Below are positions 10,769 through 19,405 of a stretch of DNA of 64,000 bases, piece by piece. Position numbers and translations under genes: made by a program. The DNA comes from an uncultured Acidobacteriota bacterium. GTDB lineage: Bacteria > Acidobacteriota > Thermoanaerobaculia > Multivoradales > SZUA-115. Position 1 is the first letter of the stretch, and each line of letters opens with the position of its first letter. Location: NCBI GenBank assembly GCA_963805975.1, contig CAWDVR010000002.1, forward strand, positions 1,056,001-1,120,000. The letters are read 5' to 3'. Under the pieces are notes generated by a model, which was not told the DNA's origin, did not search any database, and saw only the letters and a program-made list of their open reading frames with translations.

Positions 10769-11818
10769 ATGAGCACAGGCGAGAACCTACCGCAGGACAC
10801 CGAGGTGGCGTACTACGCGCACGCCTTTATCACCTCCTCAAACCGGGTGCGGTACGCGGTGATTACGATCACGGTCGCAAGTACGCTTCTCTTTGCGGGG
10901 CACCACAACTCAGATCGTCTAAGCTGGTTCAACTCCCGAGTGAACGTCGCCTACGAAGCTCTGCACGAGCAGGTGTGGGAGAAGTCGGCCGACTTGCCAA
11001 AGGACCAGAAGAGCATCGCCCAGAGATGGGCTGAAGCCCGGCGCTTGAAGACTCGAGAAGAGATTCAGGAACACGTCCAAAGCCTGGAGGCTGCGCGCAC
11101 TGAGCACATCCTCCTTCTGCATATGCCCTTCTTTGGTATCGCATTCGACGTAAATGACATTGGGTTCTTTGGAAGTATTGCCCTGCTGGTCCTGATGCTG
11201 ATGCTGGCTTTCGCAGTATCAAGACAGCACGAAAACCTCTACCTGGCCCTTTGGAAGGTCCGGCAAGCGTGGCGCGATGAAGGATGTCCAGATTCGCCCA
11301 AGAGTTATGCAAACCTTATTTATCACACGCTGGCAATGACCCAGCAGTTCAGCCGGCCGCCCAGCCTAGCTCGATGGGACAAGCGCAGCCTAAGAAGTCT
11401 CTCCAACGTACTCCTTCTATCGCCAGTCATCGTCCAAGCTGTCTGCCTGCAGCATGACTGGTCTAGCCGTGATCTCGGTCTCGCGCTCAATCGCAACGCG
11501 ACAATCATCTCGCTTTCACTTCAGTTCGCTTCGCTGTGCATTGTCACTGTGCTGACCGTCGTTTGCCTCCTCTATACTCGATCCAACGAGAAGCGCTGGG
11601 AAAAGACTTTCTTTCGGATCAATCCTTCGTTTGACGGGACACCACAACCGTCTTGGCTTGAGTGGGTACAAGTTCGCGCGCCAAAGCAGCTCTACTGCGA
11701 AGAACACCATCCAGGAAGGTCACGGCCCGTGCAGGGAAGTGTTCAGACCGGTGTACCGCAGCATTCTGAAACGGACACGGGTATAGCTCCCGCAAAGGTG
11801 GAACCTAGGGACGCATAA
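10769..11818 (+). CDS. Hypothetical multi-pass membrane protein, lower GC
   Basis: 349-aa ORF with about four hydrophobic segments; visibly more AT-rich codons than its neighbours. Confidence 0.6.
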   Translation: MSTGENLPQDTEVAYYAHAFITSSNRVRYAVITITVASTLLFAGHHNSDRLSWFNSRVNVAYEALHEQVWEKSADLPKDQKSIAQRWAEARRLKTREEIQEHVQSLEAARTEHILLLHMPFFGIAFDVNDIGFFGSIALLVLMLMLAFAVSRQHENLYLALWKVRQAWRDEGCPDSPKSYANLIYHTLAMTQQFSRPPSLARWDKRSLRSLSNVLLLSPVIVQAVCLQHDWSSRDLGLALNRNATIISLSLQFASLCIVTVLTVVCLLYTRSNEKRWEKTFFRINPSFDGTPQPSWLEWVQVRAPKQLYCEEHHPGRSRPVQGSVQTGVPQHSETDTGIAPAKVEPRDA

Positions 11819-11889
11819 CCACTGCCGGCACCGCTCGCGCTTCGCGCGCCGGTGAGGGGAAGAGCCGTTCGTCTGGTTGGCTCCGCAGC

Positions 11890-13215
11890 TCACCCCGCCC
11901 CAAAAACCTTCGGCGTCGGCATCCGCGCACGGATCTCTTCCAACACGGTGGCGGTCACCAGGTCCACGCCGTTCTTCGCGCACCATCCCTCGACGGCCCG
12001 CGTCACCATGCCGCGCACGAAGGCCGGGATGCGCTGCATGCGCTCGCGGGCGTCGGGCTCCCAGGTGAGGGTGATGCTCGCGGCCTGGCCGTACTCGACG
12101 GCGGCGGGTCGCAGGCGGTCCACTGCCGCCTGGAGGGTGCCTGGCTGGTGGGTACAGAGGGGATCCTCGGCCATCAAATCGCCGGTCATGCCGTAGGCTC
12201 GTGCCCGGCAGCCGCCGCACAGGCTCTTGAGCTCGCAGGGCCCGCAGCGCCCGCCGAGGTGCTCGCGCTGGCGGATGCGGGTGAAGAGCTCGGAGCTGTC
12301 CCACAGCTCGCGCAGGCCCGTGTCTCCCAGGTTGCCGGCGAAGAGGGGCAGATAGGGGCAGGGCGTGACGTCGCCGTTGGGCCGTATCCCTAAGTAGTGG
12401 GTGCCGGCCGGGCAGCCTCCGGCGCCGCCGCCGAAGCTCTTCGGAAAGGGTGCCGGCGAGTCCGACGACAGCAGCGTGCGGACGAAGTGCGGCGCGCACT
12501 TGGCGTTGACCAGCATCTTCGAGGACCAGCGCCGCTGGATCTCGGCCAGCTCCCCCAGCACCTGGTCGTACTCGGCGGGATCGAGGTCGCTGACGAAGGA
12601 ACCCCGGCCGCTCGGCACCAGGAAGTAGAGGTTCCACACCTTGGCGCCAAGCTCTTCGTGGGCGAAGGCGGCGAGCGCCTCGAGCTCGTTGCGGTTGTGC
12701 GCGCCCACCGTGGTCTGCACGATGAACGGCAGGCCGGCGCGGGTGAGGATCTTCGCGCCCTCGACCGTGTTCTGCCAGGCGCCGCGCACGCGGCGGAAGG
12801 TGTCGTGGCGCTCCGGGTCGAGCGCGTCGAGCGACAGCGCAAGGCCGCGCACGCCTTCGGCCAGGAGGATCTGCGCCAGGTTCTCGGTGATCTTGACGCC
12901 GTTGGTGCCGACCACGACCCAAAGATTCTGCTGCACGCCGTAGCGGATGATCTCGACGATGTCGCGACGCAGCAGAGGCTCGCCGCCGGTCAGGATGGTC
13001 ACGCACTCGGGAGCGAAGGCGGCGATCTCGTCGATCACCCGGTAGCACTGCTCGGTCGAGAGCTCACTGCGGTCGGCGAACGCCGGGCTCTTGACCTTGC
13101 CGGGGCCGGCGTCCAGATAGCAGTGCTCACAGGCGAGGTTACAGCGGTAGGTGAGGTTCCACGACACCACGTAGGGCCGCTCGAACCCGCCCGCGCTCCC
13201 GACGAGATCGGCCAC
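11890..13215 (-). CDS. Radical SAM/SPASM protein (AhbD/NirJ-like) with a C-terminal PCP_red-like domain
   Basis: WNLTYRCNLACEHCY, LTGGEPLLR, SPASM Cys set CPAG..PC..CGPC..CGGCRA..EDPLC; tail WEPDARERMQRIPAFVRGMVTRAVE. Confidence 0.88.
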   Translation of the reverse strand: MADLVGSAGGFERPYVVSWNLTYRCNLACEHCYLDAGPGKVKSPAFADRSELSTEQCYRVIDEIAAFAPECVTILTGGEPLLRRDIVEIIRYGVQQNLWVVVGTNGVKITENLAQILLAEGVRGLALSLDALDPERHDTFRRVRGAWQNTVEGAKILTRAGLPFIVQTTVGAHNRNELEALAAFAHEELGAKVWNLYFLVPSGRGSFVSDLDPAEYDQVLGELAEIQRRWSSKMLVNAKCAPHFVRTLLSSDSPAPFPKSFGGGAGGCPAGTHYLGIRPNGDVTPCPYLPLFAGNLGDTGLRELWDSSELFTRIRQREHLGGRCGPCELKSLCGGCRARAYGMTGDLMAEDPLCTHQPGTLQAAVDRLRPAAVEYGQAASITLTWEPDARERMQRIPAFVRGMVTRAVEGWCAKNGVDLVTATVLEEIRARMPTPKVFGAG

Positions 13216-13218
13216 GGG

Positions 13219-13692
13219 TCACATCCCGAACCGCGTGCGGGCCGCGGAGAGGACGGCTTCGTCGATCAACGCGTGACCCTCTTCCCGCGCCACCATCTCG
13301 ATCCCGGCGCGGGCCATGGGCCGCACCATCTCCGGGATGGCCTCGAGCCGCGCCAGCGCACCGGCCGTCCACTCGGGGCCGCTCGGGACAACCATGGCTT
13401 GCGCCTCGGACGGCTGCGTGGTGCCGCCGAGCATGGCCGAGAAGGGACACCTGCCGGCAGGGGCCTCCGCAGGCACTGCCGCCATCCCCGGGTTGGCGAT
13501 CGCCGCCGCCGCGGCCGGGCCGATGCGGACCCCCAGGGAGCGCACCATGTCGGTCTCGTGCTTGTTGGTCAGCATCGCCATCTCGTAGCCGCAGGCCGGG
13601 CAGCTATAGACCACGGCCAGCGAGCCCGGCTCGCTCTCCTCGGTGGCGCGGAGCCGCATCGGCGTGTCGCAGGGAACGCAGAGAAATTTCAT
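13219..13692 (-). CDS. Zn-ribbon + CP motif + PCP_red-like domain protein
   Basis: CVPC...CPAC, GRCPF, WTAGALARLEAIPEMVRPMARAGIEMVAREEG. Confidence 0.8.
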   Translation of the reverse strand: MKFLCVPCDTPMRLRATEESEPGSLAVVYSCPACGYEMAMLTNKHETDMVRSLGVRIGPAAAAAIANPGMAAVPAEAPAGRCPFSAMLGGTTQPSEAQAMVVPSGPEWTAGALARLEAIPEMVRPMARAGIEMVAREEGHALIDEAVLSAARTRFGM

Positions 13693-13735
13693 CGAGCCTC
13701 TCCCACTTCAGGAAGCGATCGGACGGCTGGATCCT

Positions 13736-13821
13736 GCTCGAGCTCCAGGCTGCCTTGGGAGGAGCGCAGCGTTACCCGCAGGGGCGTCGAGCACCGCACC
13801 AAGGCAGCCTGGAGCTCGAGC
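13736..13821. repeat. Perfect 23-bp inverted repeat with a 40-nt spacer
   Basis: GCTCGAGCTCCAGGCTGCCTTGG (13736-13758) and CCAAGGCAGCCTGGAGCTCGAGC (13799-13821). Confidence 0.9.
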
Positions 13822-13890
13822 TGTGCACCGCTGACGGCTAACAGTACCGCAGGTCCGGCGCTTCCGAGCGAGGCAGCCGACACAGCGAAG

Positions 13891-16546
13891 CTAGTCGCTG
13901 CGCAGGGACTCGATCGGGTCCACGCTGGACGCCCGGCGTGCGGGCAGGTAGCTCGCGAGCACGCCGACGCCGACCATCGCGGCGGACATGCCGCCGAACG
14001 TCGGCGCGTCCAGGGCGGCGACGCCGAAGAGCAGGCTGGCGACGGCGCGGGTGGAGGCGAGCGCGGCCACCAGGCCCAGGGCGACGCTCACGCCCATCAT
14101 GCGCGCCCCCTGCGCCACCACCATGCGCCGGACCTGCGCGGTGGTGGCGCCCAGCGCCATCCGGACGCCGATCTCGCGAGTGCGAGCGGCGACCACGTAG
14201 GAGAGCACGCCGTAGAGGCCGATCGCGCCGAGGACCAGGGCGAGCGAGGACAGGACCCCGAGCGTCAGCATGGTGAACGACAGCTCTGCCATCGAGTCCG
14301 CGGCGAGCCCCGTCATGGTGAAGGTGCGGTACATCGGCGCCTCGGGCGCGACCTCGCGGACCAGGGCACGGATCTCCGGCGCGATCGTCTCGGCGCGCGC
14401 GGTCTTGACCACGTAGGCCGGCGAGCTGATCGTCCAGCTCATGGGCTCCGGGCCCACCAGCGGCAGGTAGACGAGCGCCTGCGGCGTCTCCCGGAAGCCG
14501 TCCTGCTTCACGTCCTCGACGACCCCCACGACCGTGTGCCAGCCGGGCTCGCTCCGCGCCTGGAGGCGTCGCCCGAGAGGGTTCTGCCCCGGCCACAGCA
14601 GGTCGGCCGCCTGGCGGCTGACCACCGCGTTGCCGAGCGACGACTGGTGGTCGGCGGTCTCGAACGGCCGCCCGTCGAGCACCTCGATGCCCATCGTCCG
14701 GAAGTAGTCGCCCGCCGCCCAGGTGTAGTTGAGCAGCTTGCCGGCGTCCGGGTCGGCCGCCATCTCCTCGGTGATGAACGGGTCGCTGCGGGTGCCTTCG
14801 TTGAGCGGCACGTTCTCGACCAAGCCCACGGAGCGGACGCCCGGCAGCGCCGCCAGGCGCGCCAGGAAGTCGAGGTGGAAGCGGCTCCACGCCGGGCCGT
14901 CCGCCAGCCGCTCCTGCTCGGGAGCGAACTGGAAGGTGAAGACGTCCCGCGTGTCGTAGCCGGGGTCCACGTGGCGGAGCGCCTGGAAGCTCCTCACCAG
15001 GAGGCCCGAGCCGATGAGGAGCACGAGCGCCAGCGCCGTCTGGCCCACCACCAGGGCGTCCCTCACCCACCTCCGCCCGCCGGTCGCGCCGCGCCCGCCG
15101 TCACGCAGTCGGGTCAGGTCCGACCCCGAGGCGCGGAGGGCCGGAATGACGCCGCAGGCGAGGCCCGAGAGAAGCGCCAGGACGACGGTGAAGAGGAGCG
15201 TGGTGACATCGAGGCCCACGTCGTCGAGCCGGGGGATGCCCTCCGGAGCGGCGCGCAGGAAGATCGGCCCGACCAGCACGGCGAGCAGGATCGCGAGCCC
15301 GCCGGCGAGCACGGCCACGATCAGGGACTCCAAAATCTGGAGGCGAATCACCTGGCCTCGGGAGGCACCGATGGCCCGCCGCACGGCCAGGTCGCGGTAC
15401 CGCCCCTCGGCGCGCACCAGGAACAGGTTCGCGACGTTGGCGCAGGCGATCAGCAGCACGACACCGACCGCACCCAGAAGGACCCAGAGCGGCCGCGCCG
15501 CGGAGCCCAGGAGCTCGTCGAGCAGCGGCCGCACCACGGCGCGGTGCTGGCCGATCACGCGGGCATAGGCCGCCGAGCCGCCGAAGCGCTCCGGCAGCCG
15601 CCGGGCGAGCAGTGGTGAGCTCGTCGGCCAGCGTCGCGGAGGTCGCGCCGGGCGCCAGCCGGGCCACGAGGTTCGCTCCGAAGCGACCGGGCTCGAGCCC
15701 CTCGGGGCGGATCACCCTGGGGATCCAGAGCAGGGTGCCGCTGTTCGGGAACTCGAACTCCGGCCCCATCACCGCGATCACCTCGCGGCGCTCGCCGGCG
15801 ATCTCGTAGGTGCGCCCGACGACCTGCGGGTCGCCGCCGAACCACGAGTGCCAGAGCGTGTCGCTCATCACCGCCACCCGCGTCTCGTCCTCCTGCACTG
15901 GCAGGCGCCCCAGGGCCGGCTGCGCCCCGAGCGTCGAGTAGAGCGAGTTGGTGGTGATCGCCATGCGGATGCGCTCGACGCGGTCGTCGGTACGCAGAGT
16001 CGCAGTGAAGGTGTTGTAGCTCGCAACGTCCTCGAGCCGGCGCGAGCTCTCCCGGTACTCGAGGAAGAACTCCGGCGCTACGCCGAACTCGTCCTCGAAG
16101 TCCGACCCCGGCGCCGTGGCGGAGATGGCCACCAGCCGGTCGGCGTGCGCGAAGGGCAGCGGGTCGAGCAGGATCGTGTTGACGACGCCGAACATCCCGG
16201 CGTTGGCGCCGATGGCGAGCGCCAGCGTCCCCACGGCCGTGAGCGTGAAGGCGGGCGTCCGCCGCAGGGCGCGCGCCGCGTGGCGCAGATCGGTGGTCCA
16301 CTCGCTGATCATGTTCTGCCTCTCTGCGGGTAGCCTCCGGCCCGCCCAGGATGGGTGCCAGCGCTCTCTCAAACCGGATGTAGCGAGGTCCAGGACCGCG
16401 CCCAGGGCGAACCGGAGCGCCGCCAGCCGGCCGCGTCCACGGGCGTCGTCGAGGTCGCGCTCCACCTGTTCGACGATCTCCGCGCCGAAACGGTCACGGA
16501 ACGGCTCCGGGAAGAGCCACAGCAGGACCGCGAAAAGCACCCTCAC
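13891..16546 (-). CDS. ADOP-type duplicated MacB/FtsX ABC permease (frameshift near 15605)
   Basis: DLRHAARALRRTPAF, LALAIGANA, LLIACANVANLFLVR, GLYGVLSYVV..RTREIGVRMALGA, PARRASSVDP; split over ORFs 15101-16546 and 13891-15558. Confidence 0.88.
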
Positions 16547-16866
16547 GAGCGGCCCGCCAGGCCGAGGCGCTCTTCCGCCAGGGCGGCAGTACCCCGGAGG
16601 CGGCGCGCCTCCGCCGCCAGCATCCGGCGTCCGGCCGCGGTCAAGGCGTAGTACCGGCGCGCCAGGCCCGGATGCGGTAGCTCCTCCTTCGGCCGCTCCT
16701 CGACGACGAGACCCACGGTCATCAACCGTGCCAGGACCCGGTACAGGGAACCGGCACGGGGCTCGAGCGCGCCGGACGACTCGCTCGCGATCGCCTCTTT
16801 GATGGCGTAGCCGTGGAGCTGACCATTCGCCAGCGCCAGCAGCAGGTGGTACTCGAGGTTGCTCAT
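16543..16866 (-). CDS. PadR-family transcriptional regulator
   Basis: HGYAI, GSLYRVLARL, RRYYALTAAGR; stop overlaps the permease start. Confidence 0.9.
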   Translation of the reverse strand: MSNLEYHLLLALANGQLHGYAIKEAIASESSGALEPRAGSLYRVLARLMTVGLVVEERPKEELPHPGLARRYYALTAAGRRMLAAEARRLRGTAALAEERLGLAGRS

Positions 16867-16909
16867 GCCGGCGTCACTCCTTAGCTCCCGGGCTCCAAAC
16901 GGCCCAGGG

Positions 16910-16930
16910 TAATTACGCAGTGCGTAACTA
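16910..16930. promoter_or_regulatory. Palindromic operator upstream of padR
   Basis: TAA-TTACGCA-G-TGCGTAA-CTA. Confidence 0.6.
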
Positions 16931-17845
16931 TTCCGAAAGAGTATTTGCCGGGAGGCGACTTGTCAAAACCTGGTCTTCGGATGGCTCACCGAGGCACTCG
17001 AGCAAAGCTCGCGACACGGTTGCCAGCGCGACTAAGGTCGGGCTTGCCTCGGTGATCGGCAGCCCCTGGTCGGAGAGCGCTGCGAGCTGCGGATCGAAGG
17101 GCACGCGGCCCAGGCAGGGCAGGGCGATCTGCTCCGCTCCTTCGGCAACGGGAAAGAGCGGGCGCACCGTGCCGCAGCCGGCGCAGGCGTAGCCGCTCAT
17201 GTTCTCGATGTAGCCGAGCAGGCGGTTCGGCAGCGGCGAGAGCGCATCGACCGAGCGAGCCACCACGCCCCGCGCCAGGGCGGAAGGGATCGAGACCAGC
17301 ACCACCGCGGCGTCGGGACCGAGGAAGTCCGCGAACTGGGCGGTGCGCTCCGGGCCCGGCGGCAGGTCCACCAGCAGCAGGTCGAGCGGGCCCCAGTGGA
17401 TCGCCGCCAGCAGCTCCGCCAGCTTGGCGAACTCGCGGGTGGCGCGCCAGACGTGCGAGTGCCGGGGCGACGCGCTGGGCCAGGAGAGCGCCTCGCCGTC
17501 GGCCAGCAGGCTCCCCACCGAGAGGATCTTCAGGCCGTCGCGGCTCACCGGCAGCAGCAGGCCCTCCTCGCCGGGCAGCGGCGGCACGTCTGCGACGCCG
17601 CCCAGCAAAGCCTGGCTGGGGCCGTTCACGTCGGCGTCCAGGATGCCCACCTTCCGGCCTCGCGCCGCCAGCACGGCACCGAGCTGCCGGGTGAGCGTGC
17701 TCTTGCCGACCCCGCCCTTGCCCGACCCCACCGCCACCACGTGGCGGATGCCGGACATGCGCCGGGCGATGGCCGCCTCCAGCTCGGCGACCTGTTCCGC
17801 AACGCCCGAGCCGCCGTCGCCTGCGATCTGCGAGTACGTGCGCAT
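16928..17845 (-). CDS. Mrp/NBP35 (ApbC-like) P-loop ATPase, Fe-S carrier family
   Basis: GSGKGGVGKST, LDADVNGPS, DLPPG, IENMSGYACAGCG. Confidence 0.88.
   Translation of the reverse strand: MRTYSQIAGDGGSGVAEQVAELEAAIARRMSGIRHVVAVGSGKGGVGKSTLTRQLGAVLAARGRKVGILDADVNGPSQALLGGVADVPPLPGEEGLLLPVSRDGLKILSVGSLLADGEALSWPSASPRHSHVWRATREFAKLAELLAAIHWGPLDLLLVDLPPGPERTAQFADFLGPDAAVVLVSIPSALARGVVARSVDALSPLPNRLLGYIENMSGYACAGCGTVRPLFPVAEGAEQIALPCLGRVPFDPQLAALSDQGLPITEASPTLVALATVSRALLECLGEPSEDQVLTSRLPANTLSE
16938..16966 (-). promoter_or_regulatory. Sigma70-type promoter for padR-ADOP, embedded in the 3' end of the mrp gene
   Basis: Minus strand TTGACA (16961-16966), N17, TACTCT (16938-16943). Confidence 0.6.
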
Positions 17846-17857
17846 GGCGGAGGGATC

Positions 17858-18729
17858 CTATGCCGCCTGCGCCCGGGTCGCGAACAGGAGGTGCTCCGAC
17901 GCCGGGCTCGAAACCGAGCTCAGCGAGGAAGCTCGGTTCGATTTCTCCCGGCGCGACCCGCGGGAAGACGAGGGAGGCTTCCCCCTCGGCCGGCGGGCCA
18001 GGTCTCTCGATCAGCACACTCAGGCCCAGCCGGCCGAGATCTCCTGCAAGGAGGCCCATCGTCAGGATCTCCCGCCCTTCGGCGCCCTGACGATAGAGAA
18101 CCCAGGCTTCGAGCCGCTCGGACGGAATGGAACCCGAGCCCGAGAAGCTGGTCCTCGAGCTTCGACAGGGCCGGAAGGTCGCGGTGCCAGCAGCGAGCAC
18201 CTTCCTGCGTCGAGTCGAGCTGCCCGCCGTCGATCAGATCCTGGAGAGAGATGGGGGCCACGGCTTCACCTGCCGCAGCCTCGTCAGCGGCCGGCTGCAA
18301 GCTCTCGCAACGCCAGTCCATCAGCCGTGCCTCCACGTCCCAGCCGCAGGCCGAGAAGACGGCGCAGGCCGCCTCGCGCTCCGCCGGCACCTCGGCGACG
18401 AGCTTCGGGGGACCCAGGATGGCGAGCTTCTGGCCGAGCGAGGTGAGGAGGTGCCGCCCGTGCCCTCGCCGACGGTGCTCGGGGTGGACGCGGAGACCGT
18501 AGATCAGCGTTGCGGCAGGGCGCTTCGCCCCGAGGAGAACTCCCACCGGCTCGCGCCCTTCGAGCGCCACCATGCAGCTACTGCACCACAGGTCGATCCC
18601 GCGCACGAGCTGCTTGAAACCCTGGAGGTCCAGCGCCGGCGTGCCCGCGTCCTCCGGGCCGCGGCAGCTCTCGTAAGCCGCGACGAGGAGGCCCATGTCG
18701 TCCGTGCGGCAGAAGCGGTAGGCGGTCAT
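17858..18729 (-). CDS. GNAT-family N-acetyltransferase (frameshifted near 18125 and 17905)
   Basis: Acetyl-CoA motif VHPEHRRRGHGRHLL; the 3' part continues in other frames to TAG at 17858. Confidence 0.65.
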
Positions 18730-19289
18730 GAAGGGTTGGTGCCGAAGCCAGCCGTCTCCATCACCTTCCTGGCTTGCAGCAGATGGCGCTGCTCGTGGGC
18801 GACGAGGATGCGGAAGGCATCGAGCAGGCTGTAGGTGATGAGGCTCGTGACCGGAGAGGTGATGATGATCTTCGCGGCCTTCAACGGCTCGGAGGCTTTC
18901 ATGTACCGGATGACCTGCTCCTGCTGGTCGAGGAAGCGCTGGAGGATCGCCCCATCCACGCTGCTGGCAGTCGGCTGGAAGATCTTCGGGGCCCTGAGCT
19001 TGGGCTTGGAGTCAGGGCTGACGGACCGGATCATCATCCTTCCCCACAGAGCCGGGAGCCCCGGCACCCTCTCCCAGAAGGCGCTCTTCTTGGTTCCGTT
19101 CAGGATGGCGTCGAAGAGGGGGAAGTACTCCCCATTGGCCGTCACCAAGTGGTCGAGGCACTGACCGACGCTCCACCGGTCCGGACCCGGCTTCCAATTG
19201 AGCTGCTGCGGGGTGAGGCCGGAGAAGACAGCCCGGGCTTCCTCGGTGATCGCGTTGGCGGCGGCGATCAGCTCGGGCCAGGTTGGCAC
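18726..19289 (-). CDS. DinB-family protein
   Basis: LNWKPGPDRWSVGQCLDHL ... HEQRHLLQA His triad. Confidence 0.85.
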   Translation of the reverse strand: MPTWPELIAAANAITEEARAVFSGLTPQQLNWKPGPDRWSVGQCLDHLVTANGEYFPLFDAILNGTKKSAFWERVPGLPALWGRMMIRSVSPDSKPKLRAPKIFQPTASSVDGAILQRFLDQQEQVIRYMKASEPLKAAKIIITSPVTSLITYSLLDAFRILVAHEQRHLLQARKVMETAGFGTNPS

Positions 19290-19341
19290 GGAGCATCACA
19301 CTTGCCATCGAAGCTCATGGACAGGACGGCACGTGAAAGCA

Positions 19342-19405
19342 GTCATTCCCGCGCCGGCGGGAACCCATCCGCGTTCGTGCCGTCGAGGAGTCGATGGACT
19401 CCCGC
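19342..19405. repeat. REP-like element of the GTCATTCCCGC...GCGGGAA type, right arm truncated
   Basis: GTCATTCCCGCGCCGGCGGGAACCCAT ... ATGGACTCCCGC. Confidence 0.6.

Noticed and set aside
11890-13692. RiPP system (SPASM enzyme + small precursor)
   Set aside because: The neighbour is a folded Zn-ribbon/PCP_red protein, there is no RRE/PqqD or peptidase, and the haem-rich context fits AhbD/NirJ better.
12397-15618. 1073-aa + strand ORF
   Set aside because: Antisense to the rSAM, Zn-ribbon and ADOP genes, which carry the real motifs.
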